Shown: one piece after another, positions 41,501 through 54,531 of the stretch
Numbering within the stretch: the first letter of the stretch is position 1
Layout of the letters: each line of letters begins with the position of its first letter
Origin: Octopus sinensis
Taxonomy: Eukaryota
Assembly: GCF_006345805.1 (NCBI RefSeq)
Contig: NC_043001.1
Span: 67,518,001 to 67,582,000, forward strand
Reading direction: 5' to 3'
DNA: 64,000 nucleotides
Position numbers and translations under genes: made by a program
Notes under the pieces: model-generated
What the model was told of the DNA's origin: nothing
Database searches by the model: none
The model's input: only the letters and a program-made list of their open reading frames with translations

Positions 41501-42144
41501 AACCTCCACTTTTCCATTCTTGAATGGGTTGGACTGAATCTGTTTGTTTGAGGCAGATTTTCTATGGCTGGATGTTTTTCCTGTTGCCAACCCTGACTTG
41601 CTTCTAAGCATGATAATATTTTCCCATGATCAGCCATGGTTTTCATGGCAGATTGGAAACAAACAACAATGCCTGTACAATAGAGATGCTAGCTTATGAC
41701 CATCATATGATATCAAGACAAGAGTACACCAACTCACACTCATATGTATGCATATGATGGGCTCCTTTCAGTTCCCATCTACCAAATTTTACTCAAGGCT
41801 TTGATTGGCCTAGGGCTATGGTAGAAGACATTCAAAATTCCACACAGTGGAACTGAACCTGAAACTGTGTGGTTGAGAAGCATCCCTCTTCAGCTGAGCA
41901 ATCCTAACCTTGTGTTCTTGTAAGTGCTGATGCCACATAAAAAGTACCTGTGCAGGTGCCACATAAAGCACTCAGTATACTCTGTAAAGTGGTTGGCTCT
42001 AGGAAGGGCATTCAGCTGTACCAAAGCAAACATGGAACCTGGACAGCTCTTCAGATGGCCAGCTCCTGTCAAACTGTCCAACTTATGCCAGCTTGGAAGA
42101 CAGATGTTAAATAATGATTTAAATGCTCATATTCAAATGTCTAT

Positions 42145-42362
42145 TTAACTCTTTAGTATTTAATCCAGCCATATCAGGCAATAAATATTCTACCCGTTTT
42201 ATGTTCAGACAGGCCAGATCTGGCCTCTCACACCTACTCTAAAAATAAACAATCACATCATTGAAATTTTAAAGCTACAAAATAAATAATGCATGTTCAA
42301 TTCAAAAGAATGTAAATAACTAAGCATTACACTTGAGAGAATCTGTATGCTTAAAGAATTAA
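42145..42362 (-). mobile_element. piggyBac-like MITE (~220 bp)
   Basis: TTAA-flanked degenerate CCCTTTAGCATT...AATGCTAAAGGG ends. Homologous to 48566 and 63022. Confidence 0.55.
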
Positions 42363-42749
42363 ATGTTTAACAACCTTTAAATGTGTACTTTGTTAAATGA
42401 ACAAACCTATAACCAACTTCACCATCCAACTTTTACTTCCTTTGGAATTTTTTCCAACTAAGGTTCATTCCATTAATTCACTCTGTTGAAACTTTCCATG
42501 TATTAGAAATAGTAGTCAAATTCCCCTCAAATCTACAAACTTAAGAACAAAACAACATACATTAAATAATGAAATCCTAGATATACTATTCATGAAAACC
42601 AGAGTGGTCATGGCAAGAAATACTTTGATTATAGGCTTGCTCAGTCAAGGTAGACCTGGGATTAAACAACTGTTTACTTCAACAGTAAATCCTCAACAAT
42701 TTTTGAAACCAAGACAATTTCTGAATCTTTTATCTTTTATCTTTTATTA

Positions 42750-43105
42750 GTTTCAGTCATTAGACTGTGGCCTTGCTTGGGCATCACCTTGAAGAATTTT
42801 AATTAAACGAATTGACCCCAGTACCTAGTATTTTTTTGTTAATTCTGATACTAATTCTATCAGTCTTCTTTGCTGAACTGCAAAGTTACAGGGGTGTATA
42901 CACACCAACATGGGTTGTCAAGTGGTGGTGGGGGACAGACAGACAAACACATATATTATGTGATGGGCTTCTTTCAGTTTCCATCTACCTAATCCACTCA
43001 CAAGGCGTTGATCAGCATAAGACACTTGCTCAAGGTGACAAGTAGTGGGACTGAACCTGGAACCATGAGGTTGGAAAGTAAACTTCTTACCACACAGCCA
43101 TGCCT
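42750..43105 (-). mobile_element. tRNA-derived SINE, degenerate
   Basis: The reverse complement of the 10544 family. Confidence 0.65.
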
Positions 43106-46052
43106 GATAAAATAACGAAATTTTTTTTTTATCAAAATTTATTTTATTTTGAACATCTAAAAACCAAGTCACTAGAATATCTTCTTCGTTGTATCTGTTG
43201 CTGAAATATCAATCTAAATAGCCAAAGGAACCTTAGAGGCAATAATTTACAAAATTATTATTATTAAAATTATAATTTACAAAAGTATTGACAAAATAAA
43301 ACACATTTTTTTAATTAATTACTTAAAAACAAAATTTGTAATATTCTTCAAATGCATTTAGTCATTCTTAATTTCTTTCAAGTCTTTCCTCTTCGTTGGT
43401 ATTAATTTGGCCCATTGTTCATTTTATAATCCATAAGCATTGATTAAATTTTCAGAAGGAATCTTAATTTCATTATAATCAAACATTAATAAACTCATAA
43501 AAATTGATAATTTTTTTTCGTCAAGTCTTTGTTGTACAGATATTGTTGTGGTATATATTGTTTTATATGTGAGGTTTTGTTCTCAATTTACACTATCTGA
43601 TTACTTAAACATCTTTATTGATATTGGCCACGAAGGGTCAGTCGTGATAAATTATATTGATTTCAACCATGCTTTTGATATAATCACTGAGATTCTTTAG
43701 AAATTATCCCATATTGCTTTGGTAGATACCAAATTTTTCATTATTATTATTAACAATTCTGATTGAGTTGATAACAATGAAGATAGTTAGTGGAACCAAA
43801 AGTAGTTCATCTCTTTATTCTCCTATATTGCATAACCTTACCATTGACTTTTTGTTGAGATAAATACTGTGATAAATCGCAGAAGATTGCAAAAGATTTG
43901 CAGATGATATAGCATCATTTACGTGGAGCTACAGCAAAGATATGCAGAAAAAATGGAAGAACCAATCACCCTTGCAGATTAAACCATTTAAAAATTGAGC
44001 TACACATAATTCTTATGTCTTCATTATCAGTGGGTCTTCCCCACCCACCTCCCTTTTAAAATGGGCTAAGATCGCCATTTTAGATATATTTCATGGAATG
44101 AAATTGCTGATGCCAATGATTAGAGAAAATAGAGATCATGAATACTCCCAGGGCCAGAATTATAAATATTAAATCATTATAAAGCTTTAGTAGCAATGAG
44201 TTAGTTAGCCTACTTCAGAAGTTTCAGAGAATTTTAAACAGTAACAGTAAACTAAAGACCTTCACAAAGTTGTGTGTTTTCAACTTGAATGTCATGTTGA
44301 TTTTAAATTTAACTCATGGAAGCTGAAGTATTGTCACAGAAACTGACTTTAAAAAATGGATTTATTAGAGAACGTCTTCATTTATCATCCATCTTCCATG
44401 CTGGCATGAGTTGGGCAGTTTGAGAGGAGCTGACAAGCCAGAAGACTGTTAAGCACCAATGTCTATTTTGGCATGTTTTCTACAGTTTGATGCTTTTCCT
44501 AACTCCAACCATTTTACAGAGTGTACTCTGTGCCTTTGTTTTTGTTTTTTTGTGGTACCAGCACTAGTGATGTCACCAAGTAAATCACACAGCAAAAGTT
44601 CCTTAAGTGATAGGGTCAGTATTGATGGCAGTGGCTTTCTGCCAGGTGTTGATAGGCTAAAGTACGGTGTTTTACTGTGGAGGAGATATATGACTACCCC
44701 AGCAGGAAAGGTAAAGATGGAGTGTACACTCAAGGAACAAGAAGGTGGATAAAGATAGAGTAATGACAGAGAATTGAGGATGGTTGGGTGTCAAAAGAAT
44801 TTTTTTACATGCTTTTCTTTTGCTGTTTATGAGTACCAGCTAAGTACTGGTTGCAACTTTTCCTTCTCCAGGTATCACATTGAATGTGCCACTGAGTTAT
44901 CAGTAAATGGACTGACAGGCTGCTTTTGTCTGCTCATTGCAACAAAGGCACCCAAAACAATTATTTTAAATATGGTACGTCCTGCCAAGTCATACTCTCT
45001 TACAAGTGGGACAAAAAAGAGAGAAAAAAACAGCAAGCTATTTCTATTTTTGGTATAAACCCTCTTCAGACTCTGATTCTATGATATGAAACTGGCTATT
45101 TTACAGTGTTATATGAGCAATGTATTTTTTCCTTTGGTACCAATCCCCATAGTGACTGCTTATGGTTCTATGGTTTGAAGCTGACTATCTAAGGTGCTTC
45201 TATAAAAATCAAACCTTCTGTCATAATTTTTGGTAAATATCAAACATCGGCTTATTAATGCAGAAATTAGACATTTCACAAAATTCCTCAAAATTCTTCC
45301 TTATATCCAAAATTGAAACACATTGACAGCATTTCATTAGGAATATGGTTACAAATGAGTTATGTTGGCAATCATGTTGGTGGAAGGGCAGTGAATGAAG
45401 GTAAAGCAGGCTCTAGGTTAGTGTCTGGGACTAGAATAAAGAATATGCTCAGACACAAAAATGTAAAAATTTAGTCTAAAAGTTAACTGAAACTAATTAT
45501 CCAAATTAGCACCAAGTAAGTGTTTGATCTTTATGTGTACTGTCTTAGAAGAAGTAATGATTACACTGTAAAACATGATTTTTGTCCTTGGGTAGCAACT
45601 GTTATTTTCTGTTTGTTTACCCTTAGAAAGCATGAAAGATGGTTAATATTTCCTTCAAGTTACGCTTCTATTAGATTTATTCAAACCAAAGAATCACTCT
45701 CAACACATGGCTATGATGCTCACCCACTGCTCATGATTAAAGATGCACATATAGTCAGCCTCTAAGGGACATGCTCAAGTGTTTTAAGGTCAAGCAACTG
45801 ACAAGCAGATCTGTGGTATTGAACAGAATATTTGCTATAACAATATTTCTGCTTCAGCAACTAAGCACTGAATCTGTCTGAAATGTGACAGAAAATAGGT
45901 AAGTTCCAAAACAATGCCCAGGTCACAAAAACAAAGTTTGAAAGGAATAGTAATCATTTCCTTTGATTTCTAGTTAGAAGCAAACAGGAAATAACACTTA
46001 TTGACAAAAAGAAATTTTGTCACAGTGTTATTAACTATAACTCCTACGACTA

Positions 46053-46221
46053 TAGGCATAGGAGTGGCTGTGTGGTAAGTAGCTTGCTTACGAACCATAT
46101 AGTTCTGGGTTCAGTCCCACTGCATGGCACCTTGGGCAAGTGTCTTCTACTATAGCCTCAGGCTGACCAAAGCCTTGTGAGTGGATTTGGTAGACGGAAA
46201 CTGAAAGAAGCCTGTTGCATA

Positions 46222-46302
<81 letters not shown>

Positions 46303-46518
46303 TGTGTGTGTGTATGTTTGTGTCTGTGTTTGTCCCCCCAATATTGCTTGACAACCGATGCTGGTGTGTTTACGTCCCCGTAACTTAGCGGTTTGGCAAA
46401 AGAGACTGATAGAATAAGTACTAGGCTTACAAAGAATAAGTCCTGGGGTCGATTTGTTCGACTAAAGGCAGTACTCCAGCATGACCACAGTCAAATGACT
46501 GAAACAAGTAAAAGAGTA
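46053..46518 (+). mobile_element. tRNA-derived SINE, near full length
   Basis: Same family as 10544, with an internal (GT)n tract. Confidence 0.8.
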
Positions 46519-48565
46519 ACTGGTGTAGATAAAATCTAATTCAGCTATGTTGTGACAACTGTATTGTATGAAGTCAAGGTAAGAAGGAAATCAAATCTAC
46601 CTGCCTACTCACTACATACCTATCGACATACCTGTCAGATTAAGAGCAGCATCCTAACATGACTGGTGAGCTGTCCAGATTCTTCCACAAATTCTACAAA
46701 TAGTTACCAACACAGACCATTACCAGTATCTTTGGATTCTGGATTTTAACCCTGTTAGACTTGAATTGGCCTAGTCAGTCTTGCAGTATTTTTTCCAGCA
46801 TTTTGCATTCTGAGATCAAATCCTTCTGAGGTTAGCTTTGCCTTTCAACCCTCTGGGGTCCATGAAGAACCAATCTGGGGTAGTGAACTAATGGTATTGT
46901 TACAGTGCTAAATGTGATGTTATGATATTGGTTCTGATTCATGGTGTTTTTAGTTCAAATCCTGTCCAGTCTAGACTTAATCTGTTCTCCAGTCCTTAGA
47001 GTCTTTAGTGGAGTCCACTTTTTTGCAAACATTCAGGCTAGGTGTCCAGTTTGAGGATACCTTTCTCCCTACCTCCCACCTACCAGGCTCGCTCTTGACT
47101 AAGAAATCCATCAATTGGTTGAGCCTATCTCTATCTATCTGCTTACATCTCTACTTCTTTACCTACCTCACTATCACCTTAGCTACCTATCTACTCATCT
47201 ACCTTGCTATTACATACCTACCTAGCTGTCTATCCACTCCCTATCTTACTGTCTATTGCCTATACACCTACAATCACCTTTCTACCTACCTGTCCACATA
47301 CCAGTTTACCTATCCATCAAATTATACATCTGCCTACTTGCCCCTCTATTTATCTGTCTGTCTGTGTGGCTGTCTATTTCTGCCTGTCTGTCTAGCCATG
47401 TACTTCTCTATCCAACTGTTTATCTGTATATATCTCTAACTACCAACTAACCCTTCCGTGCCTGTCCCTCCTTCTGTTAGTCTGTCTAATTTAAAAATTC
47501 AAGAACATTGATAATTAATAATAAAGTCAGTTACAATCTCATAAACTCATAATAAACAGATGCAGCACAAAGAATCTTGATTCAATTTAAGACCAAAATT
47601 TTGTGATATATTATTACAGAATTCTCTATTGAGAGAAACAACGACTTGAAATTTTTACTGGTACTGAGATATGAATTATACTTTTTTCTTATTATTTTTT
47701 TAAAACCATTTTTGACACCTAGAAATAATTGAAGACAGAACAATGTGGAGCATTCTTTGACAATCAGTGGTACTAGAATCAAATAAAATTCATGGCATGA
47801 AAACGAATTAGTATTTTTGTTTATTCATTAAGAAGTGTGTAATATTTGACAGAACATTCAATGGTGATGCTGACGATGATAGTGATGCTGATTGTAGTGG
47901 TTGGTGGTTGTGCGCACTATTATAATAAAATATATCTTTCTGTTACAAAGATATGTTGATGAAAATTAAGAGGATATTTTATCCAAGTCCAATTCTGACC
48001 AAAATAATGAGTAATTTCATCATTTTTGATGTAAGACTAAACAACTATTGGACTACTACCACTACTTTTTCTAAGGGTGGGGTGTATATATATCTTATAT
48101 TTGATTGCAGGCAGTGTGGTTAAGAGGTTTCCTTTCCAACTACATGATACTGAGTTCAACCATATTGTGCAAATGTTGGGCAAGTGTCTTGTATTATAGT
48201 CTTGGGCTGACCAAAAACTTGTTTTAGATGGAAACTGAGAGGAAGCCTGTCTGGAGGATCATTCCAATTCTTGCTTCAAAAGCATAATTCATAACTCATC
48301 TCACTACTGCCTGATAATTGAGTGTCTTTTGTAAAATCTACTACAGTACCTCTCAAAAGTGGGGTGAAGCAGTGGAAAATTTTATATGGTACTGGGGACA
48401 AAAGAAGTATTGTGAGGAGTCAGTAGATGCTTTTTCTATCTCCTTTATTTTCCAAAATATTTTCAGCTTATATTCTCTCTCTGTGAATCATTAGTTTTTA
48501 GTTGTAGGAAAGTTATTTTGACATTCCATTTATATTAATGAAATTACTTTTGTGCAGGTAGTCTT

Positions 48566-48788
48566 TTAACCATTTAACATTCAAACCAGCCATATCCAGC
48601 CCACATATTCTACCTGTCTTATGTTCAAACTGGGCAGATCCAGCTTCTCACACCTACCCTACAATGTCATTCTGAAAATTTGCAATCACATCATTGAAAT
48701 CTCAAAGCTACATGATAATGTATGATTAATTTTTAAAATGCAAATAAATATTACATTTTACTAAGTAATCTGAATGTTAAAGGGTTAA
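48566..48788 (-). mobile_element. piggyBac-like MITE
   Basis: TTAACCATTTAACATT...AATGTTAAAGGGTTAA. Confidence 0.6.
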
Positions 48789-49978
48789 CTGTTGGCAGCA
48801 ATTATATGTGGTGTATGTTTGGTGCAAAGAGTGGTGGTGTTGAAAGTGTGTTAGTAAAAGAAAGGATGGAGTGAAGGCGGTGGGGGGGACAATACTTACA
48901 AAAAGGTGGTCTACCATATTGTAAACTTTTAGGGCCAGATTCCCAGTTTGAGGATAATTCTCCTCTTTCTTCTCCCTTATCACACAAATCCTAAAAAAGG
49001 GCCAAAGGTGTTGCTCTTCTTTCTCACACTATTACATAGCATAACTTAATCCAATAATAGATGTGTTGGTTGAGTATATAAATATTGTCAGTTGCAACCC
49101 ACCTAAATTACAAGTCTAAATAACTGCTGATATATTTCAGAGAAGCTGCAGAAAAATGGGTTCAGTAGAATATGAAATAGGAATTAAATTTATTTATCAA
49201 GATTTATGGAATTTTCATATTTCTGGCAAGTATAGTCAATAAATACAGACATGGTTTTAGTCTTAATTTGACCGCCTCAGTGAAACATCACCTTCACCAT
49301 ATTGTCAGAAATAGTGTTGACACCATAATTAAATAAACACATATGGTTTTCCCTTGATTGGTGTAAAGAAAAGGATTCTTCAGCCATTAGGTAACTCAGA
49401 CAACATCTGTATGAAAAGTAAATTAGTGTCAATATTTATAATGGAAGGAGTATTATAAAGAAAAGTAGAATTAATAAGCTGTGAGAAGAAAAAGCGATGT
49501 TCGTCAATGACTGTTGGTGTGTTTTTTTCTGGCAAACATTGGAATCAATCTCTGAGCATGTTTCAGTCTCATTTTGACCTCATCAGTAAAGCATATCTGA
49601 CACTGTATTTGCCAAAGAAGTGATGAAACAATTACTAAATAAGTTTACAATAGTTGAGATAAAGTATATCACACACACACACACACACACACATGATACA
49701 AATAAGAAGGTGATATTTAGTGATATTTTTTAACACTTATAATAGAACACAAATTTGTTTGTTTACATTTATGCACACATGGTTGTGCCATAAACCTAAA
49801 GTATTTAGCATCTAAATTCGGCCGTGAATTTGTCAGCAGACAGTTTAGCTTAATGGCCAAGCACTCAGTAGGAGTCTTTGAGGAATGTGGGCTTGAGTCC
49901 CATGGCTGATTGTTGACAAATTTTTCTACTTTGTAAAGGCAATTTACCCAGTATTTCTGATGTTCTGATGGTAACTCT

Positions 49979-52006
49979 ATCATCATCATCATCATCATCG
50001 TTTAACGTCCGTTTTCCATGCTAGCATGGGTTGGATGGTTCGACCAGGGTCTGGGAAGCCAGGAGGCTGTACCAGGCTCCAGTCTGATATGGCAGTGTTT
50101 CTACAGCTGGATGCCCTTCCTAACGCCAACCACTTCGTGAGTGTAGTGGGTGCTTTTTACATGCCACCGGCAAAGGTGCGAGGGGAGGCTGGAAACTGCC
50201 ACGATCGGTTGGTGCTTTTTACTTGCCACCGGCATGGAAGCCAGTCAAGGCAGTGCTGGCATCGGCTGTGTATGGATGGTGCTTTTTACATGCCACCGGC
50301 ACAGGGGCCAGGGTAGGCTGGCAATGGCCACGATCAGTTGGTGCTTTTTACTTGCCTCCGGCACGGAAGCCAGTCAAGGCAGCGCTGGCATCGGCCACAT
50401 ATGGATGGTGCATTTTACGTGCCACCGGCACAGGTATCACAACAACAATTTCCATTTGATCTTTTGATGTTGATATACTTGACTCAACAGGTCTCCTCAA
50501 GCACAGCAGGTCGCCCTACGATCCAAGGTAAGTACAGCAGGCCATCCTGCGATCCAAGGCACTTTGGAAGGCTGGGGTTTCTATGTGAGGCTGGTGTAGG
50601 AGACAGCCATGAACTCACATTATTTGTTGGGTCTTCGCAGTCACAGCATATCTCCAGAGGTCTCGGTCTTCCGTCATTGCCTCTGTGAGACCCAACATTC
50701 GAAGGTCATGCTTGGCCACCTCATCTCATGTCTTCCTGGGTCTACCTCTACTCCGGATTCCTTCAACTGTTTGGGAGTGGAACTTCTTCACACATCTCTC
50801 CTCATCCATCCGTAGTACATGACCATACCAGCGCAGACGTCTCTCTTGCATGCCACATCCAGTGCATCTTATTCCAGCGTTTCTCTCAGGGCACTTACAC
50901 TCTGTCGTGTATGCACACTGACATTACACATCCAGCAGATCATGCTAGCTTCATTTCTTTCAAGCCTACGCATGTCCTTTGCAATCACAGCCTATATTTC
51001 AGTACTGTGAAGCATGGCAGTTCGCACACATGTGTCATACAATCTACCTTTCACTCTGAGTGAGAGACCCTTTGTCACCAGTAGGGGTAGGAGCTTTCTA
51101 AACTTTGCCCAGGCAATTCTTATTCTAGTGGTAACACTCTCTTAGCACCCACCCCCACTACTAACTTGGTCACCTAGGTAGCAGAAACTATCAACTACTT
51201 CTAGTTTCTCCCCTAGGAGTGTAATAGAATCTGTTTCTTGAGTATCAATGGTGTCTGTTACCCCTGTGCATCTGCCGCACATGAAAGCTACATGAAAGCT
51301 ATCTTCTCAGTTAATTTTCCTTTGATGGTGCTGCACCTCTTATGTGTCCATAGCGTACACTGGGTACATCTTATGGAGTTTCTACCTACACCTTTTCTAC
51401 AGATCGAGCAGGGTCACCTACCTGAAGGGGTGTGTGGTGTGTTTGCCTTCCTACTTATTAGAACTTTGGTCTTTGCTACATTGACTCTAAGGCCTTTTGA
51501 TTCTAAACCTAGCTTCCACACCCGAAATTTCTTTTCTAGTTCTGGTAGTGATTCTGCTATGAGAGCCAGGTCATCCACATAGAGGAGCTCCCAGTGGAAA
51601 CCCATCTTGAATTCCTCTGTTATTGCCTGGAGGATTATGATGAATAAAAGGGGACTGAGGGCTGAACCTTGGTGGACCCCTACTTCTACTCAGAATTCTT
51701 CACTATACTCATTGATAATCCTAACCTTGCTGACAGCCTCACTGTATAGGGCCTGTACAGCCCTTATTAACCATTCGTCAATCTCCAGTTTCTGCATTGC
51801 CCACCAGATAAGGGATCGGGGGACCTTGTCAAAGGCTTTCTCCAAGTCCACAAAAGCTATGTAGAGGTGTTTATCTTTAGCTAGGTATTTCCCCTGCAGT
51901 TGTCAAACCAGGAATATGGCATCAGTGGTGCTTCTACCCAGCACAAAACCGAACTGCATCACATCTAAGCAAACTCCCTCCCTAATGAGATGGGCTATGA
52001 CCCTCT
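49979..52006 (-). mobile_element. 5'-truncated RTE-clade LINE (~2 kb)
   Basis: RT remnant 52006-50615 translating QFGFVLGRSTTDAIF, FVDLEKAFDKVPR, ELLYVDDLAL, GLRVNVAKTK and GRPRKT, with stops. It is followed by a 3' UTR with GGCAC repeats and a (GAT)n tail. Confidence 0.92.
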
Positions 52007-52439
52007 GTTTGAAAAAATACCAACATCTTAGAATACGCATATTTACGTTTATTTATGCATTTGCCAATGCAATGTGGCAGTCCTGTATAGGACAATGTTA
52101 CTACTTTATAGTGTCAGGAAAACATCTTTTCCAGCTGCTACTGACACATAATCTGTGTCCAGATACTATGAGCAAGGGAGTCTGCTGCTCCCTTTCTAGC
52201 TGTAGTGATACATGTAGAGCAATGTTTCTGGGTAATTTCCCTTCCTCAGTATAGGACAGCCGCCAGCTAGAGATAGCAGTCACTGATCTTGTAAAGAGGA
52301 AAACAACTAGTTTTAAATCTAAAAGTGAGAATTATATAATAACAGTACCATACATTAAAGTCTATTTGCCAATGCAATGTGGCAGTCCTATGCAGGATGA
52401 TGTTACTACTTTTCAACCTCAGGAAAACATCTTTTCCAG

Positions 52440-53490
52440 CTGACTACTGGCACATGATCTGAGTCTGTATACTGTGAGCAAGAGTTCGGATTGTCCTTGC
52501 ACAGAGGCCATCCAGATTCCCGCTTGCGCTGTGAACAGGGATTAATCTTCTCTCTTCGCTCTTTTACGCCATTTGGGCTCAACTCTTCCCCCCTTTTCAT
52601 CTAACCTCCCCCAACTCCTACTTCTCTTCAGTCCTTCATCTTTTCACCCCTACTCTCTTTCCCTCCTCTTCCCTTCTTTCCGTTCTTCCCTCTTCTTCTT
52701 TCTTCTTTCTTCTTCCCTCTTCCCCTTCTCTCTTTCTCTCTGCTCCCTCACTTCCTTCCTCTCCCCTCCTTCTCCTCCTCCTCTTCTCCATCTCCCCTCC
52801 TCTCTCTTCTCTCCCCCTCTCACTCTCCCCACAACCCCCACTCTACCCCAGCCCCCAGCCGAACCCACACCCCACATGGGCTTTCCCCACTCTCACCCCC
52901 CCACCTCCCCACAACATCACACCACACTACACTACACCATACATTACACATCACATCACAACACACCACCCACAGCACACCGCCCACATTACACATCACA
53001 ACACACCACCCACACACCCATCCCCACATCTTTACACCTACACATACATACACATATCATATCACAACACACCACCCACTCACCCATCCCCATATCTCCA
53101 CACCCACACATACATACATACACACGTCCAGACCACCAGCCCTCTTTCACACGCACATACATACTCTCTTATACACACACGCACCTTCGCGTTGGGGAGA
53201 AGTCACTTGACCCTGTTATCTTCCCTACTATCCCTCTAGCGTCTAACGTCTGACCTCTGACATCTGACTTCTGCCTGAAGTCAGAACACCATAATGGACC
53301 GTTAGCTCCTACACGCATTTTTTCTCTCCTTGTTTCTCTCCTTGTTTCTTTTCTGTGTATCTTTCTGTCAAAGAGCGTAGGCTCGAAACGTAAAAGACTT
53401 GTTCTATTTCTATTCCTGAGTGCCATACTAATACATTTGTTTGTTTGTACTCCACCTGCCTTCTGTTTATTTTCGTAAACCTTCCCATTA
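52440..53490 (+). mobile_element. Penelope-like element 3' end (GIY-YIG C-terminus, low-complexity UTR, pLTR)
   Basis: GLSLHRGHPDSRLRCEQGLIFSLRSFTPFGLN at ~52488-52583 matches the PLE endonuclease terminal motif (R...EQ..IF.L....P.GLN). A degenerate minimal hammerhead follows at 53360-53397, then a (TA)n tail. Confidence 0.6.
53360..53397 (+). ncRNA. Degenerate minimal hammerhead (PLE-type)
   Basis: TCTTT-[CTGTCAAA]-GAGC GTAG GCTC-GAAAC-GT-A-AAAGA. Stems I and II and the ACGT palindrome are present, but the core is not CUGANGA. Confidence 0.35.
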
Positions 53491-53499
53491 TATATATAC

Positions 53500-53551
<52 letters not shown>

Positions 53552-53672
53552 TCACAATCAAGGAACGGCCATAATAGGCCATTCACCCACTAGAAATAAC
53601 AGCCAAAGCTTCAACCGCAAATAAAAATCAATTCCGTAAACCAGGAGAAAATTAAAAAACATTTACCCTGTA

Positions 53673-53779
53673 ATTTCTTATACGATGCACCGTTTCATCT
53701 ACTGTTTAATGGTAAACTAACCTGATTAAATTAAATCAAGCCAATCTTCCATAGGCCCTTAGATTCATCAGTAAGAAAT
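53673..53779 (-). ncRNA. Type I hammerhead ribozyme (family B, inverted copy)
   Basis: The exact reverse complement of 54167-54273. Confidence 0.72.
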
Positions 53780-54166
53780 AGCCTTTACAGGGTAAATGTT
53801 TTTTAATTTTCTCCTGGTTTACGGAATTGATTTTTATTTGCGGTTGAAGCTTTGGCTTTTATTTCTAGTGGGTGAATGGCCTATTATGGCCGTTCCTTTA
53901 TTGTGATGTTGAACTTAAAAATGGTCTATGACTATTTAATTTTTTCCCACTAGGCCGCTGGTGGCAAAAAAATTCTACAAAATTTTTTTGCCACCCTATA
54001 TTGATTAATTATGAATTTTCTGGTTAATTCCGTAATGGAATCGGCGGCTTATATTTATTTGCTGCCGATAAATTTGGCGCGAGTGCGATGATTTGAAAAT
54101 TTTAGGTCAGATATTGCCGAGGCAGGGTCGGAAATGCCTCGTGAAAATATCTGCTCCGACTTGGCT

Positions 54167-54273
54167 ATTTCTTACTGATGAATCTAAGGGCCTATGGAAG
54201 ATTGGCTTGATTTAATTTAATCAGGTTAGTTTACCATTAAACAGTAGATGAAACGGTGCATCGTATAAGAAAT
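54167..54273 (+). ncRNA. Type I hammerhead ribozyme (family B)
   Basis: ATTTCTTA-CTGATGA-ATCTA...(58 nt)...TAGAT-GAAAC-GGTGCATC-GTA-TAAGAAAT. This gives an 8-bp stem I, an intact core and a near-palindromic stem III (ACGGTGCATCGT). Predicted cleavage is after 54265. Confidence 0.75.
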
Positions 54274-54497
54274 TACAGGGTAAATGTTTTTTAATTTTCT
54301 CCTGGTTTACGGAATTGATTTTTATTTGCGGTTGAAGCTTTGGCTGTTATTTCTAGTGGGTGAATGGCCTATTATGGCCGTTCCTTGATTGTGATGTTGA
54401 ACTTAAAAATGGTCTATGACTATTTAATTTTTTCCCACTAGGCCGCTGGTGGCAAAAAAATTCTACAAAATTTTTTTGCCACCCTATATTGATTAAT

Positions 54498-54531
<34 letters not shown>

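Larger units (their letters stand above)
53550..54500. mobile_element. Non-coding hammerhead-containing element (retrozyme candidate, family B)
   Basis: 53550-53783 is the inverted copy of 54163-54396. 53785-54012 is a direct copy of 54273-54500 (period 488). (TA)n tracts flank both sides. Confidence 0.7.

Noticed and set aside
45034-45073. Minus-strand CTGAAGA...GAAATAGCT hammerhead-like string
   Set aside because: Extra bases break stem II and there is no valid stem III/NUH or stem I.
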